A stretch of 64,000 bases of DNA, taken from NCBI GenBank assembly GCA_964569045.1, contig CAZMSR010000001.1, forward strand, positions 66,593-130,592, in the 5' to 3' direction. The notes under the pieces were generated by a model that had not been told where the DNA came from, did no database searches, and saw only the letters and a list, made by a program, of their open reading frames with translations. The position numbers and the translations under genes are program-made. Shown here piece by piece: positions 56,951 through 64,000 of the stretch (position 1 is the stretch's first letter; every line of letters starts with the position of its first letter). The DNA is from an uncultured Gammaproteobacteria bacterium (lineage in GTDB: Bacteria; Patescibacteriota; Patescibacteriia; Patescibacteriales; BS150m-G62).

Positions 56951-58855
56951 ATGAAGTGGCTAATTTTTCAAAGGAAAATTAAAAAAAACTGGGAGTTATT
57001 AGTTGTAATTTTAATTGCAATTATTTTTTTTGTATCCACTTCTTTTTTTGTATGGAAAATGAATAATGATGGTTTGGTTAAGTGGTTGTCTCCTGACGAA
57101 AACGCAAATTATTTTTTTACACAATTATTTTATAAAACCGGATCTTTAGTGACATACGACTCTTTAAATATAAATGTGCAAGATATTGTACACCCTAGGA
57201 GTTTTCGTTCTGACTTAGGTGAATTAAAACCAGTAAGCTTTTTAGGTATTATATTAATTTATGGTTTTTTTGCTAAAATTTATGGCACTCAAATAATTCC
57301 ATATTTAACGCCAATTATTGGAGCTATTGGAGTTATTTTTTATTATTTATTTATTAAAAAAATTTTTACTAAAAAAATAGCGTTTATTTCAAGTTTGTTT
57401 TTAGCATTTTTCCCTGTATATGTGTATTATAGTGCGCGTAGTATGTTTCATAATATTCTTTTTAGTGTGTTATTTATTATTGGGTCGTATTTTTTATCTC
57501 AGTTTTATGAAAAAAAATATGAGTTCTTAGAAAAAAATAGTATTTTAAAAAGTTTCCTATCATATCGATTTCATGATATTAATCAGCTTGCAATATGCGC
57601 ATTAGCTGGAGTTTTTTTTGGTTTAGCATTGTTTGTCCGTACTTCAGAGTTAATATGGATTGGCCCGCTTTTGATATGTATTTGGTTTATGAATTTTAGG
57701 ACTATTAGATTAACTCATTTGGTTGTGTTTATTTTGTTCTTATTGCTTGGTTATTCACCTGCTTTTTATTTTAACCAAATATTGTATGGTTCAATTTGGC
57801 TTGGAGGGTATCATGAAATGAATAATTCAATAGTGGATATGGTCAGTGCTAGTGAAAAAATAGCAGGTGCTAATTTTTTTAGTCGCGAAAAATTAACTAA
57901 TGCATTAGAAGTATTAAAGAAAAATATATTTTATTTTGGATTTAAGTCATTTGAGTCTTGGCAGCAATTTATAAATTATTTTATGATTATGTTTTTTTGG
58001 ATATTTTGGCCGGCTGTTTTTGGGTTTTCTAGATTAGTAGAAACATGGAAAGAACAACCAAATAAGATTAAAAAATATATTGTTTCTTATTTTATTTTAC
58101 TACCTATTTTGATGTTTTATTACGGAAGTTGGAAGTTTAATGATAATCCTGATTTAAGTAGTGTAACAATAGGTAATTCTTATACAAGATATTGGTTACC
58201 AATATATATGGGTGCCTTTCCTTTTGTGGCTATCTTTTATATTAAAATATCAGAAACTTTTGCAAAAAGAAAAGCAGAATTTAGTTCAAATTTGTTTAAT
58301 ATTAAAATTCAAAATAACAGCAATGGTTTTATTGACTCCTTGCATATAATAAGCGCTAACAATGAGAGATTTAAAAAGACAAAAAAGTTTTTTAGGGAAA
58401 ATATTTTTTCTTTGTTTATGAGAAAAGAATTAATAGTTAATGCAATAATTTCTTTTTTAGTTTTAATAAGCTTATTTGTTAGTGTGCAGTATTTATTATT
58501 TGGATCAGAGGAGGGGTTAATAGAAACTTATCATAAGCATAAAATAGCTAAGCAGGATATGTTAAAAATTTTCAAGATAACTCCAAAAAATTCTGTAATT
58601 ATTACAAGGTATCATGATAAACTTCTTTTTCCTGAACGTCGGGTTATTGTTGGTTTATTTGATGATAATAATATGATAAGAAACTATGCTAAAATAGCCC
58701 ATACTACGCCTCTTTATTATTACAATTTTACATTACCGCAAAAGGACGTTGAATATTTAAATAATCGACGTCTTGTTGAATTTAATTTAAGTCTTAAAGA
58801 AATAGCAACAATTAATGATTTTAGCCTGTATAAAGTTGAGGTAATAAAAAAATAA
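56951..58855 (+). CDS. GT-C membrane glycosyltransferase (GT39 / ArnT / PMT-like)
   Basis: The first loop after TM1 carries WLSPDENANYFF (DE motif). At least 11 TM helices. C-terminal soluble domain. Confidence 0.6.
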   Translation: MKWLIFQRKIKKNWELLVVILIAIIFFVSTSFFVWKMNNDGLVKWLSPDENANYFFTQLFYKTGSLVTYDSLNINVQDIVHPRSFRSDLGELKPVSFLGIILIYGFFAKIYGTQIIPYLTPIIGAIGVIFYYLFIKKIFTKKIAFISSLFLAFFPVYVYYSARSMFHNILFSVLFIIGSYFLSQFYEKKYEFLEKNSILKSFLSYRFHDINQLAICALAGVFFGLALFVRTSELIWIGPLLICIWFMNFRTIRLTHLVVFILFLLLGYSPAFYFNQILYGSIWLGGYHEMNNSIVDMVSASEKIAGANFFSREKLTNALEVLKKNIFYFGFKSFESWQQFINYFMIMFFWIFWPAVFGFSRLVETWKEQPNKIKKYIVSYFILLPILMFYYGSWKFNDNPDLSSVTIGNSYTRYWLPIYMGAFPFVAIFYIKISETFAKRKAEFSSNLFNIKIQNNSNGFIDSLHIISANNERFKKTKKFFRENIFSLFMRKELIVNAIISFLVLISLFVSVQYLLFGSEEGLIETYHKHKIAKQDMLKIFKITPKNSVIITRYHDKLLFPERRVIVGLFDDNNMIRNYAKIAHTTPLYYYNFTLPQKDVEYLNNRRLVEFNLSLKEIATINDFSLYKVEVIKK

Positions 58856-58895
58856 TTTATAAAATTTTAACATTAAATAGTAAGTATCTTTTTTT

Positions 58896-59054
58896 ATGCC
58901 CACTTACTATTTAGCACTGTGGTAGTATAAATTTTAACTAATTTTAGTTAAATACGAAGTGTCTTTTAATTATTTTAAATGGTTGTGTATAAAAATAATT
59001 TGTAAATTTTCTTCTTATCAAAAACTACTGCATTATAACTAGATAATTAGTGAA
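58896..59054 (+). repeat. Family-A repeat, left-hand two-thirds only (A5b)
   Basis: Runs from atgcCCACTTACTATTTagcactgtggtagtataaatttt to cattataactagataattagtgaa. Collinear with A2 18811-18969, with many substitutions. Confidence 0.8.
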
Positions 59055-59268
59055 GAGATGCATATGTTGTGGGAGTAAGTATTTCTTTTTTTGTTGACAA
59101 GTGAATTTTATTATGATAAAAAGATATGATGTTCACATATCGGAAACTCTAAACAATTTATGGTTGCGGAGTTTTGATAGCTATGAATTTTTTAGAGTTT
59201 TCAGTTGTTTTTAGATGCCCTTTTAAATTAAATAAGCAGGATCAGTTACTTTTGGGTTGGAGGCTGTG

Positions 59269-60225
59269 ATGAATAATTGCATTAATTTTTTTTTGCTTGC
59301 TTTTATTTTTTTTTCAGGTTGCGCTTTTACAACTCCACCGGATCATTTACTTGTTGATCCGGCGCATTCAATTAGTGCGACAAGATTAAGAAAATATGAA
59401 AATTTTGGCGTGGATTATGTCACGATATTTAAATTTCCGGCAAATACCGGAATGGTAGCAACAGAGGCTGAGTTTAAGGAATATGATGGAATACCGGTTG
59501 TTGAAGGCAATTGGCGAATTTTAGCTTTATTAGATAGTCCTCGATTATATCAAGGCGAGGCATTTTTGGCTCACGAAGCACGCCAAAATCCACTTGACTT
59601 TGATTGCAAATATACTCTTATGGCAATATTTCCCGGATATTTGAATAATAGCTTAAAAATTCTTCTTTCCGGTAGAGACTATGATACTTTTTATCGTTTA
59701 ACAGGTGAAGAAGTGTCATATAATCCTGAACTATTTAACGATAAAAAGTCTGTAAAAGAATATCGAGAATATATTTTTCGTAAATTTGGAATTAGTCTTG
59801 GTGAGGCAAAAAAAGTACGCGGCCCATATTATATTGATTGGATAAAAGTTGGCACAAAAGCCTGGGAAGATTTTAAGTCTGAGTTTGTGCGAATTATGCC
59901 ATTAAAAATAAATGTTGGCCAAGATATGCGGGCAACTAGGTTAAGCGAAGATGATTTTCGTAATCGTTCTAATGAGGAGCCCGGACACACTGTTTCTGGA
60001 AGAGTAATGCAAAAAGGCATGCTTTCTGCTTCTGGAATTGCCGTTGGTTTAGCTGGCGGCGGAATTCCATTAATTGCATCAGCAGCTCTTTTGGGTGATA
60101 CTGTTTCAGCTACAATTGACGATCGTCCTAGTGGGCTATATGCGCAATCATTTGTTGAGCGTGAGAGTTTAGCTACGGGTGCAAACTATTATGAACGCTG
60201 GTGTCGGCAACGAAGATTTAAGTAG
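59269..60225 (+). CDS. Putative lipoprotein, unknown function
   Basis: GGAGG at 59259-59263, then ATG 59269. MNNCINFFLLAFIFFSGC ends in a lipobox-like Cys. The C-terminus has a Gly/Ala-rich hydrophobic stretch, GIAVGLAGGGIPLIASAALLG. Confidence 0.55.
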   Translation: MNNCINFFLLAFIFFSGCAFTTPPDHLLVDPAHSISATRLRKYENFGVDYVTIFKFPANTGMVATEAEFKEYDGIPVVEGNWRILALLDSPRLYQGEAFLAHEARQNPLDFDCKYTLMAIFPGYLNNSLKILLSGRDYDTFYRLTGEEVSYNPELFNDKKSVKEYREYIFRKFGISLGEAKKVRGPYYIDWIKVGTKAWEDFKSEFVRIMPLKINVGQDMRATRLSEDDFRNRSNEEPGHTVSGRVMQKGMLSASGIAVGLAGGGIPLIASAALLGDTVSATIDDRPSGLYAQSFVERESLATGANYYERWCRQRRFK

Positions 60226-60301
60226 ATTTTCAAGAGGTAAGCACGGTGCTTGCCTAAGCCAAGGTGGACTAGCTCCACAAAACATGATAAAGGATATAGT
60301 T

Positions 60302-61636
60302 ATGAAAGCAACAACCAAGAAGGTTCTGAAAAGCGCAGTTTTTGGTTTTATCGCTCTTATGATCTGGTTGCCAAAAGTTGCAATCTCTGATGAGGTTGGT
60401 TGCTCGATTATTCAAGGAGTAAGACACAGCTGGGCTTGCGTTAAAGACAAAAAGGTAGTTCCCGTATATAGACTTGTTCCATATCAAGATAGTCAAAACA
60501 AGAGTGTAAACTCGCAAGCTAAAGAATATCAGCATTGGCAAGGTACGAGTTGGAGTGATCAGTATCATCAGCAAAACTATCAAAAACAGTTTTTGAATAA
60601 TGAATCTGATTCGCTGAAAAACTCAGAAAGTACAATGCCAATTAAATACCAGCAAAATCGTAAGAGTTCAAGTATCTTTGAGCAAACTCTACAAGATCAA
60701 AGCAAGCGCGAGTCTCGAGGTAAAGAAAATCTTAAAAGTTCCGGTTCATTTGAAGATACGCTTTCAAATGTAGATACTAATGCATATCGTGGTCATGAAG
60801 AAAGCGATGAAATACATGTTTTTGAAGCCGGAGGATGGACAGGAAATATAAATATGAGAGATGAAAGAATTGTGTATCGTGGTGCAGAAGCACATTATAG
60901 GCCTATAAAGACAAAAGGTAGTAATGGAAATGTTACATATCATGGAGGAAATGTAGGCATTAATCATGTCCGCGGTCATGGTAATAGTTGGGACTTTGAC
61001 ACTACAACTACTACGGTTGGATATAGTCAAAAAACTGTCTCTCAAAAAAAAGGTTGGGATGCATCATTAAATGCACGCGTCGGGCATTCAGACATAAAAA
61101 CCGGTTTTCGAAAAAAAGAAAGTGTTTTTATTCCATCTGTTGCTGTTGGTAATTGGTCAAGGCGCAAGGACGGAAAAGCGTTTTTGCCAATTACAAATGC
61201 GAATGTTATGGGGTATTTTCCATTCAACGAACGTTATAGTGAAACAGAGACAAATGGAGGAACAGATAATCAAGCAGTATACACTAGTATTAGACAGGGG
61301 ATTTATGATATTCCGATTAATGAAAATGTTGCTTTAACTCCAGCCCTTGATTTGGGTCTGGGATATCAAAAAGGTCAAAACAGGTTTACTGGAAAAGTTG
61401 GGCCAAATATCTCAACATCCTACAAAGGAGATCAAGTTTTTTCTGTTGGAGCAGCTTTTGTTAGCGATGGTTATCAACCCTTAGATTTGTATGTTAATTT
61501 TCACACGCTCCACAAACTTGGGCGAGACGCGATTACTCATCGTGTAGAGAACGAGGATGATATCCAATATGGTGATTCGCAAGTTCAAGTTGAAAAAGAA
61601 AATGCTATAATTTCATTGCATGATGAGGATTGGTAA
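60302..61636 (+). CDS. Secreted protein with Q/N/S-rich N-terminal half and beta-strand-rich C-terminal half (possible beta-barrel)
   Basis: AAGGA Shine-Dalgarno, then ATG 60302. Signal peptide MKATTKKVLKSAVFGFIALMIWLPKVAISD. Alternating-hydrophobic segments VALTPALDLGLGY, VFSVGAAFVS and LDLYVNF. The last residue is W. Confidence 0.45.
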   Translation: MKATTKKVLKSAVFGFIALMIWLPKVAISDEVGCSIIQGVRHSWACVKDKKVVPVYRLVPYQDSQNKSVNSQAKEYQHWQGTSWSDQYHQQNYQKQFLNNESDSLKNSESTMPIKYQQNRKSSSIFEQTLQDQSKRESRGKENLKSSGSFEDTLSNVDTNAYRGHEESDEIHVFEAGGWTGNINMRDERIVYRGAEAHYRPIKTKGSNGNVTYHGGNVGINHVRGHGNSWDFDTTTTTVGYSQKTVSQKKGWDASLNARVGHSDIKTGFRKKESVFIPSVAVGNWSRRKDGKAFLPITNANVMGYFPFNERYSETETNGGTDNQAVYTSIRQGIYDIPINENVALTPALDLGLGYQKGQNRFTGKVGPNISTSYKGDQVFSVGAAFVSDGYQPLDLYVNFHTLHKLGRDAITHRVENEDDIQYGDSQVQVEKENAIISLHDEDW

Positions 61637-61749
61637 TGCTTAAAATGATAAAAATCATAAATTTTGAGATTAGGGTAGTGCTAAATTGGCCTACCCTTGT
61701 TTTTTTAATAAGTAGTATTTCCAGAAATTACAACGAAAAGGGCATCCCA

Positions 61750-62694
61750 ATGAAAAATAACATTCAGGACTTGAAGAAAATTGTACGTCGTGATTCTGCT
61801 AGTTTGGTTTTTTTTGTTTGCCTAATAGTTCTTATGTTGGTGCAAAATAGTTTAGCAAATATAAACCAAGCAAAAATGGAAAACATGCTTAAGTTGAGGA
61901 GTGATATTGCTCGTACAAAAACAGAAAAATTCGAGCAAGATATTAACATAATTCTTGGAGAGAATTTTATAAGTGCTATTATTGAGTCAGAAAGAGAAAT
62001 GAAAAATAGTAGTATACCTACTAATGCTTATAAAATATTGCAAGCATTACGTAGTGAAGCCCAAGAAAGCTTTGCAAAAATGCGTTTACTAGAACTTAAA
62101 AGAAAACCATGGGGTAGACCTCGTTATACAGGTGCAGATGAAAATGCTTTTAATTTAGTGTTCTATGGTAATGGCAGTGAGGATTTAAGGCGTAAAATTC
62201 TTGAGCCTATATTTTTGCGAGCTGCAAAAGTTAATAATGTTGATCCTGTTTTACTCATAGCTATGGCTAAGCAAGAGTCTCGATTTACAGGAAAGGTTTA
62301 TTCCAAAAAAGGTGCTATTGGAATAATGCAATTAATGCCCGGAACTGCAAAAGAAATGGATGTGCGTGATCCATGGGATATTATTCAGAATATTCACGGT
62401 GGTGCTAGATATTTAGCTGTTCTTGAAAAAATGTTAATTCCGGAAAATATGACTCGATTCTGTGCTGAAAAAAGACCCAGTGGAAAGCCGGCGCATACAT
62501 GCGCTAATCTTACTTGGATTCAAACTCAATTAAAAAATAATAAAAAAAGAGAGTTAAAAATTAAAATGTATAATGCTGGAATTGGAAATTTGTTTAATGG
62601 TACGCGTTTAGGTAAAGAAAATAAACAGTATGTAATATTAGTATCAAAATTTTATAATAATTATAAAAAAAAGTTGTTTTATTTGGATGGGTAA
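61750..62694 (+). CDS. Lytic transglycosylase, SLT (GH23) domain, membrane-anchored
   Basis: LIAMAKQESRFTG (catalytic E-S), GIMQLMPGTA and KMYNAGIGN. N-terminal TM helix SLVFFVCLIVLMLV. ATG 61750 is preferred over 61630. Confidence 0.8.
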   Translation: MKNNIQDLKKIVRRDSASLVFFVCLIVLMLVQNSLANINQAKMENMLKLRSDIARTKTEKFEQDINIILGENFISAIIESEREMKNSSIPTNAYKILQALRSEAQESFAKMRLLELKRKPWGRPRYTGADENAFNLVFYGNGSEDLRRKILEPIFLRAAKVNNVDPVLLIAMAKQESRFTGKVYSKKGAIGIMQLMPGTAKEMDVRDPWDIIQNIHGGARYLAVLEKMLIPENMTRFCAEKRPSGKPAHTCANLTWIQTQLKNNKKRELKIKMYNAGIGNLFNGTRLGKENKQYVILVSKFYNNYKKKLFYLDG

Positions 62695-62709
62695 TGGATA
62701 TCTATTATT

Positions 62710-62734
62710 GGCGCACTAAGGTGCGTCTTTTTTT
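62710..62734 (+). terminator. Rho-independent terminator after the SLT gene
   Basis: ggcgcac-taag-gtgcgtc followed by ttttttt. Confidence 0.75.
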
Positions 62735-62797
62735 AATAAATATTTATTAAAAAAAATCCCTCATAAGATTTAATCTAGAGGGAATATATTTAAGTTT

Positions 62798-64000
62798 TTA
62801 GTTTGAGCAGTTTTTATAATCAATTGGGGAGTGTTCGATTTTGTCCAGTTCTTGGTCGGTTATGACTCTAGATCTGTTTAGTGCAATACGTTGTTGTTCA
62901 ATTTTTTTCTTACTTTCTTTTTTTTCTGAATCTGTAAGCGCAATAGATGTCATAATTTCTTGTAGACGAGCGTCTAATCCAAATACAGCGTCATTAAGTG
63001 TGGTAAGATGATGTGATAGTGCCATTGAGTAGCTTAAAATAGCATGACACAAATTATTTTCTTGTTCTATAATTATTGCATCTCTGTTTTTAGTTGGTGT
63101 ATTTCTTAAGCTGTTTTTATCTTGTATTTCATTCACAATCCTCTCGTAAACGATTCTTGCCAGATTTACTTTTCTGGCAGAATCAGCCGGAGTATCGGGT
63201 TGTTCATGGTAGGTCTTTTGATTTTCAGTAGAGATCATTGGTTTTATTACTGCAGTTGAATCTTGTTTTTTTGTTTCTACTCTCGAGTCAGGTATTGGCT
63301 CAGCTTTGATTATATTAGTAGTTTCTTGTTTGGGTGTTTTTGTGTAAGAAGTATTATTTGGAGTAGTTTGTGTTTTAGGCTCTGGCAAGTCTAATTTTGG
63401 TGTAATTGTGTTGTTCTGTCTATTTGAAATTGACCTAGAATTATTTGTTTGCTCTGTCTGATTTTTAAGTTGTTGACCAACTAGATCATTCATTGTTTTT
63501 TTGTACCATGTTGTTCTTTCGATCTCTTGCAGAATGACGTATGAGCAAAGTGATGCAAGAAGAAGGCCAAGTACAAAATTTCTTGCTCTGCGAAATGTAA
63601 ACCATAAAAAGAAGTTTAATCGTCTGCTTGGCATAATTGGCGTAACTTGAAGTAATCGGTCACTTTGTATCGGTCGCATATCAATTACTTCGGTAGAGGT
63701 TTTCTTTTGTTGGTCGGTAGTCCTAATATTTTTTAATCGTGGCTTATTTTGATCCTCTACTTCTTTAAGTTTTTTTGACTCATGCCATATTTTTCCATCA
63801 ACCACCACTCTGCACTCAAATTGTAAATTTCCGCCTGTGCTGATTGTGTCACATTCAATCGTGCGACCTTTATCTCCTTCTTCCAGAAAGTCCATGTTTC
63901 CGCAACTTAGGTCAAGGTGACCTGCTTTGATATTAGCATCAACTGCTGTTCCTTTGCTGCCAATGAATTCATCACAGGTTAGTAAGTCGCATACCAGCGC
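62798..64000 (-). CDS. Membrane protein with N-terminal beta-helix (bactofilin-like?) repeats, one TM, a P/T/Q/N-rich linker and a C-terminal helical domain; reading frame open to the window edge
   Basis: The track starts at ATG 63895. Triplets 63896-64000 have no in-frame stop (checked by hand) and encode ALVCDLLTCDEFIGSKGTAVDANIKAGHLDLSCGN. TM helix FVLGLLLASLCSYVIL. Confidence 0.5.
   Translation of the reverse strand, partial: ALVCDLLTCDEFIGSKGTAVDANIKAGHLDLSCGNMDFLEEGDKGRTIECDTISTGGNLQFECRVVVDGKIWHESKKLKEVEDQNKPRLKNIRTTDQQKKTSTEVIDMRPIQSDRLLQVTPIMPSRRLNFFLWFTFRRARNFVLGLLLASLCSYVILQEIERTTWYKKTMNDLVGQQLKNQTEQTNNSRSISNRQNNTITPKLDLPEPKTQTTPNNTSYTKTPKQETTNIIKAEPIPDSRVETKKQDSTAVIKPMISTENQKTYHEQPDTPADSARKVNLARIVYERIVNEIQDKNSLRNTPTKNRDAIIIEQENNLCHAILSYSMALSHHLTTLNDAVFGLDARLQEIMTSIALTDSEKKESKKKIEQQRIALNRSRVITDQELDKIEHSPIDYKNCSN

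Noticed and set aside
16281-59054. Interpreting family-A repeats as integron attC sites or a CALIN-type cassette array
   Set aside because: No integrase is present in the window. The termini do not match the RYYYAAC/GTTRRRY core sites. The split in the A5 copy is internal and not at a terminal core. The idea is kept only as a loose analogy.
60179-60301. Upstream extension of the 60179..61636 ORF, which overlaps the lipoprotein gene by 47 nt
   Set aside because: The extension lacks signal-peptide character. ATG 60302 has an AAGGA Shine-Dalgarno and starts a canonical signal peptide. The same reasoning moves 61630 to 61750, 40195 to 40234, 4816 to 4864 and 59257 to 59269.
1-64000. Search by eye for tRNA, rRNA, tmRNA, RNase P or SRP RNA genes in the larger spacers (1303-1442, 4541-4863, 24859-25097, 35253-35757, 58856-59268)
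   Set aside because: No cloverleaf-compatible or conserved-core sequence was recognised. A covariance-model scan is needed to exclude small RNAs properly.

Overview
AT-rich bacterial window. Sample 60-nt lines run from 11/60 to about 20/60 G+C in native genes. Gene content suggests a Patescibacteria/CPR (Parcubacteria-like) genome, which is an inference from motifs and was not searched. Nearly all of the window is one large cell-envelope glycan and surface-protein locus. It holds a candidate Cys-free S-layer protein, three Wzy_C/O-antigen-ligase-family proteins (two fused to TPR arrays), seven to eight GT4 genes, one GT2, GT-C-type membrane glycosyltransferases, Wzz, DUF4012, two radical-SAM enzymes and two SDR sugar-nucleotide enzymes. 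Housekeeping genes are interspersed: mraY, mreB, lysC, a NifU/cysteine-desulfurase pair, an ABC exporter and a sigma factor. No rRNA, tRNA or CRISPR array was recognised by eye. The strongest sequence-level signals are two non-coding repeat families. (1) A 160-bp TIR element occurs in three copies, each with a 5-bp target-site duplication, and one copy has a filled/empty site pair inside this window. (2) A family built on CCACTCACCAT inverted termini occurs at six or more intergenic loci. One pair forms 198-bp near-identical inverted repeats bracketing an epimerase gene, and another copy is split around a GT-C gene. Three blocks have foreign composition: a two-component sensor pair, a roughly 50% G+C orphan secreted protein, and a terminal lipoprotein/beta-rich protein/SLT/beta-helix module. 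All domain calls rest on hand-recognised motifs; no HMM or BLAST search was run.
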